From the human T2T-CHM13v2.0 reference genome, Homo sapiens, in assembly GCF_009914755.1 (NCBI RefSeq), contig NC_060941.1: DNA of 64,000 bases. The stretch is one strand, 5' to 3'. The notes under the pieces were generated by a model that was not told where the DNA came from, searched no databases, and saw only the letters and a list, made by a program, of their open reading frames with translations. Position numbers and translations under genes: made by a program. Below, piece after piece: positions 28,695-41,831 of this stretch (positions within the stretch are counted from its first letter, which is position 1; each line of letters starts with the position of its first letter).

Positions 28695-28830
28695 AAATTC
28701 ATTCATTCAACAAATATTTATTAAATGAGTACCTACTAAGTGCCAGGCACTGTTCTAGATGCTGAAAATGCAGCAGAAAACTAAGTCTCTGACTTCAGGG
28801 AGCTGACATTCTAGTGAGGAGTCTGAGACA
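28695..28830 (-). mobile_element. L2 3'-end fragment
   Basis: ATTCATTCATTCAACAAATATTTATT...TACCTACT..GTGCCAGGCACTGTTCTAG. Confidence 0.7.
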
Positions 28831-29188
28831 ACCAGCACACTGGTCTGCAAATGACTCGAACACTGTGGAACTAATTTTTAAATATCATTTAAGATTTTCT
28901 CCATACTCTGGGTGGTCTCTTCAGAGGGAGGCTGATAAGCATATAGTTGCACAGTTATTCTATCTTGATCTCTGTTGATATGGCTGCAGACATCCTTGGG
29001 GAAAACCTACACCTGTTTTGGTTTTAGCTTTTACAGCGTTTGACAGAATCACAGAATAATCAACCCAATGGGAATTCCTTAAAAGGAATGTAGAAGAGAA
29101 GAGGAGGGGTTATCCTTAGGCCAGGTCTCCCACCTTTGAGCCGGACAAAACCAGAGTCACCTAAGACTCTTAGGAAAGGTCTTTTGCA

Positions 29189-29483
29189 GGTCAGTGCAGT
29201 GGCTCATGCCTCTACTCCCAGGAGGCCGAGGCGGGCAGATCACCTGAGGTCAGGAGTTAGAGACTAGCCTGGCCAACATAGTGAAAACTCCATCTCTACT
29301 AAAAATACAAAAATTAACAGGGCATGGTGGCGCATGCCTGTAGTCCTAGCTACTCGGGAGGCTGAGGCAGAAGAATCTTGAACCCGGGAGGCTGAGGTTG
29401 CAGTGAGCCAAGATCACACCACTGCACTCCAGCCTGGGTGACAGTGCAAGATTCCATCTCAATAACAAACAAACAAAAAAACA
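29189..29483 (+). mobile_element. Alu (S-like)
   Basis: Dimer with a small 5' deletion and (AAAC)n tail. Confidence 0.9.
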
Positions 29484-30156
29484 GAAATGGTCTCGTGCAG
29501 CCCCTCAGACTTTGCGGCACCGCACCAAGAGGTGCCCACAGTTATCCAGCTCAATGTGATAGAATCTCTTTCATTTTTCTTAATGAAGGTGAACTTAATA
29601 AAAGCAAACACATGATGATTGTTGATATATTTTATTTCTCTGAGCCTTCTCTGCCACATAATCCCACTGCCTTTAACTTTCTTGGCCTCGTCGGGCACAT
29701 GCTGTTTATTTAACATGCTGATACGAGTGTTAGAGAAATAGCACATTGCTGAGCCCTCAAAGAAAAGCTTCACCCTAGCAGGCCCAGAAACGAAGAGAGG
29801 CTGATGATCAGCTAAAGCACGTTAGCCAAAAGCATTCTTAGGTGCAGTCGTACTGAGAAGCCCCGCGTGAAGTCCTGACTCAGTGTTCCCTGACATTAAG
29901 CCCCCTGAAATGTGAGCAAAAAAAAAAAGTATCGTTAAGAACAGGCACTAGGAAGCTGTAATCTGCTGGCGTTCACTAACAGATCAAAAGATTGGAGATT
30001 GGCTGGAACTTAAAACCACATATCTACACTCAATTTCGACGGGGATCTGGCTTTCCCAAAAATATCTGTTTAGGTTATTCTCAAGGAAGTGTTCCTTTGT
30101 TTAGCCGCTTCCTGGTGGACAGAGGAAACTCAGAATTCAGCTCTTCATTGTGCCTG

Positions 30157-30330
30157 TAGAGCAGTGCAGTCCAATAGAACTTCCTGCAAGGGAGGGAAGG
30201 TCCTGTCTGCACTAGCCAATATCACTAGCCGCCTGTGCACGGTAGCTGCTGAGCCCTTGAGTTGTGGCTTTTGCGAATGAGGAACTGGAGCTTTCATTTT
30301 AGATAATTTGAATTAAATTTAAATTGGACG
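30157..30330. mobile_element. MER3-like DNA transposon
   Basis: CAGTGCAGTCCAATAGAACTT...GAATGAGGAACTG...ATTTTAGATAATTTGAATTAAATTTAAA. Confidence 0.6.
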
Positions 30331-32131
30331 GCGCAGGTCTGGAGGAGCCCCTGCAACTCAGGGTGATTCTGGGGGCAAAGCATCTTTGTAGACTTTAGCC
30401 TTCGCGTCCTTGCCTAGGAAGGACTCTTGGCACTTGGTGTTTAGTCTGTTTGCAGACCTCATGGAGCCGATGAGGTGCCCCAGGCAGTGCTCTAAACATC
30501 ACGCAGCAGATATGTCACACTCTGGCAGTTCCCTGGATAAACAGCCCTGTCTCTTGTCTCTTTCAAGTCTGGGGCCTGGTGGGAGCCGTTTTCCATGACT
30601 CTGAGTAGCTGAGTAACAGAGCCCGGGAGAAGATGAGTCATGGACCCGTCTAGAAGGGAAACATCTCTAGGGTTGCAGCAAAGATCTAGAACCAGAACCA
30701 CAGTTTTGACAACTTTGTCAGCATCCCCAAAATGGGGACTCAAAATGAGCTCAGTGGCAAATCCAAATTCTACTGTTGATTTCTGTATTTTTGCTTCTGC
30801 AATGGAAAGCCGATCTGCAAGAGAGGTGGTCACCCTGGCAGAAGCCTTGATTTTTTTTGACTTTAGTGACAAGAGATAATTACTGTGGGATTGATCAGGC
30901 GTCCAGAGTATTGGAGCAGATAAATTGTGCAGTGGCCAGTGTGGGAGGGGCCAGGCTGCTAATGGAAGTGGTGGCTGGGTCATCCCACCGTAATGTGGCT
31001 TGACGGAGCGTCTGCACGGGTCTGCTGTAATGTGCTGTTGATATGCAGCCAGCCAATTTCCCCCGTGTGGCTGGGGCTGTGAACCATTCGAGCAGAGCTG
31101 GGCTGCACAGCAGTAAATGAAGAGGAAAATTGAAGTAATGTTGTATTATAAATTTATGATTTCATCTGCCTGACCTAGAGGATGTTCGGCGATTGGGGGT
31201 GGAGATAAGATCCCCCGCTCTGGCAGATGCCGAATTCTCATCTTTGTGGTTTGGGAGACTATAGTATTGATGTGTCCAGGAAGAGTGGGGTGAGACCCAA
31301 AGTTGGGGTGAACTTGACCATGCTTTTCTTCTTTCTCGTTGAAGCCTTGTAGGAAAGCCAGGAAGAAAGCAGATATAATTGCATTGTATTTGTCACCTAA
31401 GTGCAGGGAGAAACTGGCTGCTCTGCCACTTCCCACCCTCCCTGAGGGAAGGTGACACATGGGCTTATGCTTTTGCTGTCAGATTAACACTAAAATATTT
31501 AAGACCCCCAGCTCTGAAGTTAGAAGCAAAGGAGCCATTTTTCATCTGGAAAGCCCCTAGGCAGCCATGACTTGGCTGTTTGCATATAATCCATTTATCA
31601 ATATTGTTGAAATCATGGTATAAGAAATCTAGTACAAGATCTGATTTGCTAGCAGGTGATTAATTTGGAGGAGAACTGAGCTGCCTAGCCACGAAATAAA
31701 TACGAAGGAAGGCGCCAGTATGCATGTGTCCATTTAAGGCATCTGAGCCCTGGCCTTTGCTGTTCTTCCTTCCTTCTTTCTCCGTCGGGTTGCTGAGCTC
31801 AACATCCCACCGGGCTCCTGCTCCTTAGCTAGCAGTCAGTGCAGAGCTGCTGGGTCCTTCTGCCTCGCTTGGGCAGGCTTCTGTCAATGAGTCACCAAGC
31901 ACCGGGAAATAAGTGCACAGGAAGGAGCAGGTGGCAAGACCCTGTGGAGGTAGAGACAGTTCCATTCAGTGAGTGAGCTGTGACTGCAAATTTGGGAAGG
32001 TTCTGGGGGAAGCAAGGGAAAGGAGCCACAGCTGGTCTCACTCAAGAATTTGGGCACGTCACTGTTGCAAGGGACCCACAAGGCTTTCTACAGGTGACAA
32101 GACTAAGCTCCAAGAGAAAAAGGAAGACTCC

Positions 32132-32477
32132 TATCTTAAGTCGGGTTGCTGTCACAGATTACCATAGACGAGGTGGCTTATGAACAACAAACATTTATTT
32201 CTCACAGTTCTGGAGGCTGGGAAGTAAAGATCAAGGTGCTGGCTGATTCTGTGTCTGGTGAGGGCCCGCTTCCTCATAGATGGCCCCTTCTAACCGTGTC
32301 CTCACGTGTTGGAAGGGGTGAGGGTCTCTCTGTGACCTCTTTGTTAAGGGCACATTCATGAGGGCTCCACCTCATGGCCTCATCACACCCCAAAGGCCCC
32401 ATCTCCTAAGGCCATCACCTTGGGGGTTAAGATTTCAACATAGAAATTTGGGGGAAACACATACATCAAATCATAAC
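32132..32477 (-). mobile_element. MaLR solo LTR (MLT1A-like)
   Basis: CATTTATTTCTCACAGTTCTGGAGGCTGGGAAGT.AAGATCAAGGTGCTGGC, GGGGGTTAAGATTTCAACATA. Confidence 0.85.
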
Positions 32478-34455
32478 AACCCCCAAGGGCATGGTTGGGG
32501 GCCAGAGGCAGGACTGGAACCCAGGTCTCCTGACTTCAGACCCGTGAGTTTCTGCTCTAGGTCTGGTGGCAGATCCACTGATCCTAGGCAGAGGCTACAA
32601 CACCAACATCCACCAGGAAGTGAGGGACGGTGGAGCCCACCTCCAAGGCACAAAAGCTCTGAGTAGGCAGCAGGATGACAAGCAAACTCTGACTCCTGTT
32701 GCCGAGTGCAGGCAAAGTGGAATTTAGTAAGGGATCCTTTTCCATTAGCCCTCACTTGCAGGGTCAGAAAGTGGTCAGTGTGATGTATGAGAAGCCACTG
32801 AGCAGGTGGGTGATAAGACCCCAGAGCTGTGTGTAGGGATGTTTTTAAAGGGTTTGTGTAGAAGGGCAGAGACACCCGTGGAAAGTGTCACTGTTGCCCT
32901 CAATTGCTGGAGAGCCTGGAGGCTGTCATAAGTCCACTCATCAAAGTAATTGTTTGCCAGTGTTTTGATAACAAGCAACAGAAACAACCCTGGCTGCTGT
33001 AAGCAGCAAAGGAGATTATTAGAAGGAGCTTGGGCAGTGCTGGAGAATTGACAGGATGGCTGGAGAACAGGACTCAGAAAACAGGCAGGAACTGGGGGAG
33101 CTGGGTGGTCAGAGCCCCAGCCCTAGCCAAGGGGACAACTCAGGAATGACCTGGTCAGGGGGCCACTGTTGCCAACACTGGATGCCAGATTCTGCTACTG
33201 ACACCAGAATAAATTCGGAGCCAGTCCCTCCTCCTCTGCCCTACCAGCTCCAGAGGCAGATCCTAAGGAGGGCTTCCGTCTGTCGAGCCCAGGTTCACAG
33301 GCCTGCCTCCCAGCCTCCAGCCCCAGGAAGAGCCCTGAGGCCTTCTCAGCTTCTGTGATGGCCGGGGGGGTGGGCCTCTCTCCAAGACTTACACACAGGG
33401 AGAGGCTCAGGGGCTGGGCAGCCAAAAAATGACCACAGACATTCACCTCCAAGGTCAAAGCGAAAGTCACGTTCTCGGTGGTTGGGTGGCCGTGGTGGCA
33501 TCTTAAGAGCAAGAATGTACTGAGGTTACATATACACTGAGTGGAGGGAGGCAGAGTGAGCCTGACCCATACGGCCTTCATTTAGCCTGAATCAGGCAGG
33601 GACTTGAAGAACGAAGTGGCCTGAGCAGCCACAATGACTCCCTGAGAGCTGAATGACACCTCACATCACTGGGGGTTAGTGACAGATCTGAGATGGTCAC
33701 ACCAGCCCCTGGACTTGCCAGCTGAGTTTCTTGTGTGCCCAGTGGCCAGCCCAGTGGCAGTTTCTACAAGTGTCTTTCAGTGAACCACTCACCCCCTAGC
33801 TTGCCTGCTGAGACAGGGGTCTAGAAACAATACGCTTGTGGTGAAACGCCCATCCAGTCACACGGCACGGGGCTCCTGAGTCGGAGCTACACTTTGTGGT
33901 ATGCATCTTAACACATCCAGCCTCTCACCATTCTCCAAAGATCTTGGCACCTCCGTGGAGTGTCAAAACTGCAGTGTGGGCCATGGCTCATCAGGCCCAG
34001 CGTTTTCCAGAGGCCCAGGGTGAGCCCTGAGTTTGGCCGCTAAACTGTGACTCCTGAGTTCGCATGCTCTGTCTGGTGCTGGCTCTGTTGTCCACTGCCT
34101 TGGGAGGATGCATCACGAGGACTTTAATCTCCTACTGTCAATAGCTTTAAGGTAAAGTACATGCAGGGTAAGCTCTCCAAATGTCAGAGCCAGGCGCAGG
34201 CTTTGTGTTTGGTGCTGATGCATGGCATTTACTCTGAAGGTTCAGGAAAGTACATGGGCTTTGCGGGGTCTGGCTGCCCAAATATGGGTTAATTAGCAAC
34301 AGCTGACAGCAGCGCCCCCGGCCACAGGAGAGAGGTGACCCAGACCCTTAATAAAAAAACCCTCATGGGAGACAAATTATTCTGTGAAGGAAAATAACTC
34401 AGGCTTTCCTCATTGCCACCCTCCGTGAGATTTTACCCCAGACCTGAGGCGGCTG

Positions 34456-34462
34456 TACTAAC
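34456..34462 (+). promoter_or_regulatory. Consensus branch point TACTAAC (also a QKI/SF1 motif) for exon 10
   Basis: Exact TACTAAC about 31 nt upstream of the acceptor. Confidence 0.75.
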
Positions 34463-34492
34463 AGGACTCTGATCTTTCTCTTTGTGTTCAAG

Positions 34493-34567
34493 GATATCCC
34501 AACTTCGTGGCGACCTATGGCCGTGGCTACCCCGGATTTGCTCCAAGCTATGGCTATCAGTTCCCAG
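34493..34567 (+). CDS. MSI2: MSI2 coding exon (approx. exon 10, 75 nt): (G)[24 protein letters not shown]
   Basis: TACTAAC branch point 34456-34462, pyrimidine tract, AAG acceptor (34491-34492), donor CAG|GTGAGT at 34568. Phase 1-1, in frame with neighbouring exons. Confidence 0.96.
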
Positions 34568-36400
34568 GTGAGTGGCTTGGTCTCCCAGGGCTTTGGAAGC
34601 ACAAGAGGTGGGCTGCATTTGCGGGGAGGTGAGAGGACCCCTAAAGAGAATGCATTTCTTACATGCATCCACTTGAAAATGACCTATACATGATAAATTT
34701 CAAATCCACTGAAGTTCAAGGCCAGGATGCAGCTCAGAGTTTTTGATTAACTCAGGTATAACTCACTGGTGCCGGGTATTTGAGAACGGCAGCTTTTAAA
34801 GGGAAAGCAGAACGGAGGCAGGAGGCCTCCCTGTGCTCACCTCCTTTTTCTGAAGCCTCTTCCGGGTTTTTTCTCACTGGGGACTGAACTCTAGGCCCAG
34901 GGCTTTCTTTCACCCTCTACCACCCCTTGCCCGCCTCCCCGCTCCCTGTGTCCACCTGCCCAATGTTTGATGTCTCCCCGCCCTTGCTTCCTTTCCTCCA
35001 CCCCTCCTCCTCCTGCTCCGTCCTGACTGCTGTGGCTTCGGCGTCCTTCTGGGCTGTGTTGATGTTGAGCTGCTAGGGGTTGGGACTGCTGTCCATCCTG
35101 GGTGAGCTGTTTAGATTATCCTTTCCTTCTGCGTGGGTATCAAGACTTGAGGCAGAGCCCATGGTGATGCCCGCCACATGCCAGGGCTGCTCCAGCTCCA
35201 ACTCCAGGTAGCTGGCAGGCCTGGGACCTCACCTGGGAGAAGCAGCGAGGGGAAACATGGTCTTGTAGGGATGGGGTAGGGACAATGAAGGAAGCGATGT
35301 TTTACAGGGTATGCTTTTCCCCAGCCTTTCTCAAATCTGGAGTACAGATAAGAATATATTGGGGTGTTTGGGGGTCTCCATGTGCAAAGGACAGCCGAGA
35401 TTCCAGAGGAGGTGTAGGGACAGAGTCTTGTCCCCTGTGGGTTTTCTGCTGAGGGAGGAGGCTCCCTGGGGAGCTGGGCTGCAGGCGGAGTTTCACCCCT
35501 GCCTTGTCGTCATGCCTAGACCTGGAGGTCTGGGAGTGTCAGGGTCTGAGATGAATTAGGAAGCAAAGGGAGTGAAGACGCGTCGCTGGAAGATGGCGCC
35601 CTGACACTGATGACAGGAGGGCAGAGTGAGGGCTTGGCCTGGTCTTTGCCTCAGACCAAGCATTGGGGCGGGAAGGGTGTAGTTGGAGAGATGAGGAGGC
35701 ATTTGGGGGCACCTAGAGCCGTGCTCTATGGCAGACAGATCCTTCAACCAGCGGTGGAAGCCCCAAGCTCTTGTCCTGTCTCCGATACCACCTGGCCAAG
35801 TGGCCATGGGCGGGTCACTCAGCTTCTAGGGCCTTACTTCTCTCTTTTGGAAAAGGGGGTCTACGAGGAATGGTCTTTGGGGTCTGTGCCCCTCTCCGAT
35901 TGTGTGGGTCAGAGGGTGCAGGGAAGGCAGGCACAGAAGCAGAAGTCCAAGATGGAGGAGTTTGAGTGCAGGTGGCTCCCCCACCAGTGTCCCCTGGGGC
36001 TGGGATGGTTCCCCATCTGGGAGGGGCCTCAACAAGACTCCTCGGCCCGCACTAAGGAAGCCGTCCCCAAAGATGCCCCCCAGCAGCAGGCTGCTTCAGG
36101 ATGGCCACAGGCTCCCAGACCTGAAGAAAAGAAGGGCACATGCAAGAAGGACCACCACAAGAGAGGCCAGCACTCAACCAGCCACTGTCATTAGACTTTC
36201 CCATTTCCAGGCAGAGACCCCCACCAGGCACAGGCACAGAGGTAGAAACTCCTTCTGAAGGGGTCACAGTACGCAAGGGGTAGGACCTGCATTTGGACCA
36301 GGCGGTCTGGGCCTTAACTGCCACCCTCCACCATCTCCCTAGTGTCCATTTTTCTGGTACAATAACACTAGCCACAAAGAGCTACTAAAACTTAGGTTTA

Positions 36401-36769
<369 letters not shown>

Positions 36770-39054
36770 TCAGTAACCATGTGTGGCAAGTGGCTATTGC
36801 CAGCACAGAATGTAGAACAGTCACCGTGGAAATTTCTTACGGGCTGGTGCTGTTCCAGTGCCTAAAGGAAGAGGGCTGTTACTGGGGGGTGCACGGTCCA
36901 CACACTCACACATGCGCACCACTCCTTCCTGGAGACACCCATGGGGTCAGTGTCCCTGTGCTTCATTCTCTGCCAGTCTTGCTCAGCCCAGAAGCTGGTG
37001 GCTTTTCCTCTCACTTCCTCCCCTCGCTTCCCCTCCAGGGGATGACAGGTGCAAAGGCTCACGCATCTCGGCCCTCCAGGTGCAGCACTGATCTGTGCAC
37101 TCAGCCTGCACAACCTGCTCCCCTCCGTAATCAGGCTGCCATTGCCCCTGAGTGTGATGCTAGTCCCAGGAGGACAGAGTTGAGGGATCTTAACATGGAA
37201 TAATTGGGAGAGGACATCAATGTGGACCCTATGCTAAGGCCCCTGTCTCATCAGAGGGCCTGCCCCGGGGCCCCCATGAGCTGGCTCAGGAGACATCTAG
37301 TAGAACTCTGCCTCCATGGCCTGCATCCCTGGGCCTGCCCCAGGCAGACGGACATGCAGCAGTGACCAGATTGAGGCTGGGCAGAGTGAGATAGGGTCCC
37401 CTGGGTGCCCAGCCCTTCACCAAAGCCAAGACTTTGGGAACTGGGGGGGCGGGGGATGGACTGGGCTGCAGGAAGGAGGATAGAGTGGGGTTGGAGTGTT
37501 TTTGCCCAGGGCCCATCCGTTTGTCATGGCCACAGTCCCTGCAGCTTAATACAATCAGGTGGGTTTGAATGGGACAGAAATCAGGCATTACAATGTACAG
37601 ACAGCAGCTTCCTGACCTTTGGGAGTTAGCTGCCCTGTTCTCAACCATCAAACTTTTATTTTTCCATCCTTCCCACCTTCCCACTCACTATGGAAGCCTC
37701 TTGATTCTCTTAACTAATGGCCAGAAAGGGGCCACCAGTGGCCACAAGAGTAAGGTTGCCTGCTCTCAGGGAGGGCAAGAGTGGAGTGGCCCTGAACTGG
37801 GAAGGGTGGCCCCATGGCTGGGGCCGCCCACCCCACTCATCTGAGAAGCCAGGCTAGGGTCAGAGTCTATTCCCCTCCTGACCCCCTCCCAAAGGATATG
37901 CTCCTTGTGGAGTGTTGGGTCTGTGCTTATCCCAGATGCCTCCCCAAGCAGCCAAATGTTTCCAGACACAAAGCCTAGGTAGGTCCATGTGTCATTCCAG
38001 TCAAGAGCGCAGGGAGTAGCTGAGCCCCTCTAGAACCAAACTTGATGACTCCTGGAGCCACAGCCTCAGGGCCAGGGCTACAGAGAAGCTTCTGGATGCC
38101 CTGACTTCCATCTGTCACCTCATGCCAATAAGGAAAGTTTCGGGTGGATCTGGCCGAGGCGGCTGGGGTACAGAAGGGGGACCCAGAGATGGGGCAGCCC
38201 AGCCCTCTGCCCTCTCCTCATCCCCATCAGGTAGATTCTGCGAACCCCTGCCATGCCCCGGGGATCCTGTGACTTCGTGACATTACACAGCAGTCATGTC
38301 ACCTCCCAACTATCCTGATGTTTTCTTTGTGGTCTTTCTTTTCAGTGTCCTCACTGTATGCCCACTTTACCCACTTCCCACCTCCGGTCCCCCTCATGCT
38401 GTGCATGGATCCCGAACCTCTCCCAGCCCCTTTCTGAGTCCCCCTAGCAGGGCCATGCAAGACAGCTAGCTGGGAGAAATGAAAGCACGCCCAGGTCCTA
38501 GAGAGCTCCGAGACTCTTCATCCTGGCTGTTCTCACTCATAAACCAGGTAGCCTGGGTCCCCTTTCAGGAAGATGCAATCTGATCCCCTTTATGAAGGGT
38601 CCTCCTTTCCACCTGGACTTACCCTTTCTATGAACATCCATCTCATCTGGTTGGGGGTGCAGATATCACTCTTAGTAGAGCCTCATTCTCACCATGTAAC
38701 ATGGGGCTGCACGGACCTTCCTGGGCCACACAGCTGGTGGCAAGTGGCACCTGGCTGTGCCCATCTTCAGAATTCTGTCAGAATAAATGTTCCTAGAGAA
38801 GGCTAGACACTGGATAGTTTTTAGAGTGGGGAGTAGTTCTTTTCTAGAAAGGCTGGGTGGTGACCAACCACTCTGGGAACAGCTCCTTCTTCCCACATCC
38901 AGGTGTCCACCCCAGCCTGGAATTTGGATCAGGATCCCGTCTTGAATTATTATGGGTTGTGATCAGGGATCTCCCCTGCTTCCTCTCTTTTCCCCACTCT
39001 GGACTTCTCATTTCAGTTTAATCTGTTAATTTCTGTTCTTATTTCACTTTGCAG

Positions 39055-39095
39055 ACTATTTGCCGGTTTCACAAGACATAATTTTTATCAACTAG
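39055..39095 (+). CDS. MSI2: MSI2 alternative last exon, coding part: (D)YLPVSQDIIFIN* (short isoform)
   Basis: Acceptor TTCACTTTGCAG (AG 39053-39054). A phase-1 join to the 34493-34567 exon gives QFP-DYLPVSQDIIFIN and TAG at 39093-39095, which I recognise as the short MSI2 isoform C-terminus. Confidence 0.88.
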
Positions 39096-40450
39096 CTCTT
39101 AAGAGAGGCATAGCAAAGTGGGGGTTGCTACCATTTCTAGAGAGAGAGGACACAGTCCCGGCCTGGGCTGCCCCCGCTCCAGTCAATGCTCACTGAAAGT
39201 CTGTCTTAGCTGCCTGTTTGAATGACTGTTCTTTTTCTCATTTTTAATTCTTGGACTCATGTCCTCATTGCTTCACTCAATTAAAAAAAAATTATTCTCC
39301 AGTCCCCTCCCACTTTGCTTCTTGTATGCATTGTGACCGACCCCACTTCCTCAGAATGTAACGGGGCCAGAGGGAAACTTCTCACAAACTTCGTAGAGCC
39401 TCCTCAGGGGAAGCTAGGAAGAAGACATCAAATGTTTTTAAGTCATGACCAAACAGGCTTGTTGGGGACATATCATGGGGTGAGCTTTGAAGTGCTGGTG
39501 GTCCAGAGGGGTTGCAGATACGTGACTTGGAGCACCCGTGTCTTACGATGGACAGTGATAAAGGTGAACACACAGAGACAGACTATTCTCTAAGAATGTG
39601 AAAAACCTGATCTGGAAGAGGAGCTATATAAACACTATCTGACTATCTTTGTCTTTTGGGGCCAGTGGCTGTTGGCATAATCACAAGCCTGTCTGTCTTC
39701 GAGAAGGGACAGTGGAGTCATCCAGGTGCTGCCACATGACAGGCACGGTGGGCACCGATCCACAGTGGGCCCCGCCTTCCCCAGCTCGCCTCCCTGCCTG
39801 TGCTGGCCTGGCCTTGCCTGCTGGCACCATTGGAGTAGGAGGGGGTGGAACACAGGGGGCCCATCCTGATCAGGCCCCATCTCAAGGTTGGCACTCCTGC
39901 CCATCACCCTTAGAAGGATCTTTTCCCATGGCTTGACTTCCTTCATTTCCCTAACTGAAATACACCCACTCTCTTGGAATAATGACGTACCACTCAGTTG
40001 GACCCTCAAGAGTCACTGCTTTGTCTGTGCTGGTAGTTTGTGAGAAGTGACCCGCACGCTTCCATTTGATGCATTTGATGTGAGTGAATCCATACATTTG
40101 AATGTCATTGTCCTTGAGACCCTACATGTGCAGTTTGGCTCATCTCATTAAAGATGCTTGATGTAATAATTGGTTAGTTTCCTTTTATTTTCCTGCAGGC
40201 TTTTCCATGAGTATTATTTTTTTCAAAGAACAAATCTGTATGGCTTTTCCCCATCTCCATATTTTGTTTTGCTATGAATTGCTTTGCTTTGGTGAACTTG
40301 TCCTAGTATGCTTGCCTCACAAACGTTTTAGCCATTGTGAATTTTCTTCATCTCTGTAAATAGTTCATCTGTGCTTCTCCCTGATGACGTTTTATTTTTT
40401 TTCCCCTGTAAGCAACCGAGGTAGAAAAATAAATTGTTTACCATGGACAT
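39096..40450 (+). other. MSI2: 3' UTR of the short MSI2 isoform (3' end approximate)
   Basis: No recognisable interspersed repeat, increasingly U-rich after the stop codon, ends at AATAAA 40428-40433 followed by GU-rich sequence. Confidence 0.7.
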
Positions 40451-40470
40451 ACTGTGTGCTGCCGTCTCTT
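40428..40470 (+). terminator. Polyadenylation signal AATAAA with downstream GU-rich element (intronic poly(A) site)
   Basis: AATAAA 40428-40433, upstream TGTA and U-rich tract, downstream CTGTGTGCTGCCGTCTCTT. Weaker ATTAAA at 39280 and 40147. Confidence 0.7.
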
Positions 40471-41446
40471 AGCCTGACAGTGTCCTGTTCTCGCTCCGGG
40501 GGAGGTGAATGCACTGAATAACCAGCACCGATGACAGCCTAGTGCAGTTTCTAAAAGCATGCGAACTCCCCCTGGCTGCCGCCTGTTCCCAGCCCTCCCT
40601 GCCTCCTGGCATCCCCTGTACTTGCTTGAGGTGGTCTGTCCTTGAGCAGAGTGGCAGAGCATCTGCATGCGCCAGCTGCACAGTATCGCCCCGATGCTCC
40701 TTCCTCCGCCACGGCTCCCCTCTCAAGTGAAAATGCCACACACATCTGGAGCCCCTCACATCTGTGCACTAGGTGTGTGCGCCGTCTTACCCTCGCGCCC
40801 ACGGGCCTGTGTGTGGTTGTGCACGTGGCCTGCTTTCCTGACTCCCCAGAGCACTGCAGGCAGAGGAGGCACCAGTGGACAGTGGGAATGTTCTTGGATA
40901 TGAAGCCGGAGGACCTGGTTTCCAGGTCCCACTTGGCCACTTAGTAGCCATGTGGCCTTGAGCAAGTCATGTATCCCTCCAAGCCCTGAAGATGATGAAA
41001 GTGCCTAGTTAGTTGAGTTGTTACAATTAAGGGATAACATGTGCATGAATGTGCCTTGTAAGTTGGTAAATGCTATAAAATTGGAAGTTTTAGAAATAGT
41101 GGGCACTGATGTTCTTACTAAGTCAGCTCTCCAGAGTGGTTTTCCCATTTTTATCCCCCATGAGGGATCTGTCATCAGTGAAAGGAATGATACAGGATTC
41201 CTACGTGAAGCTAGAGACTTGCTAGGACTTCCTCCCCACCGTCAGGCCCCATCCTTTCTCTTCCCTCCTTCCCTCTCTTCCCTCTTCATTTTGCTATCAC
41301 CAGGTACTGAAATAGGTACCAGACATCTGGACATGAATAAGACTGACTCCTTCAGATGCTTTTGGGCTACCCAAGGGAGAGAGAAGCAGTGATAAGACCA
41401 ATTGAACATCATGAGACAGGCACTTCACTAGAGAGAGGGAAGCTCT

Positions 41447-41831
<385 letters not shown>

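Noticed and set aside
34306-34326. CAGCGCCCCCGGCCAC as a reverse CTCF site
   Set aside because: Only the GGGGGCGC half matches the consensus.
35610-36258. Overlapping 194-aa and 118-aa ORFs; similarly the 199-aa ORF at 50285-50884
   Set aside because: GC-rich intronic sequence with no recognisable domain; the 50285 ORF overlaps a MER5-like fragment.
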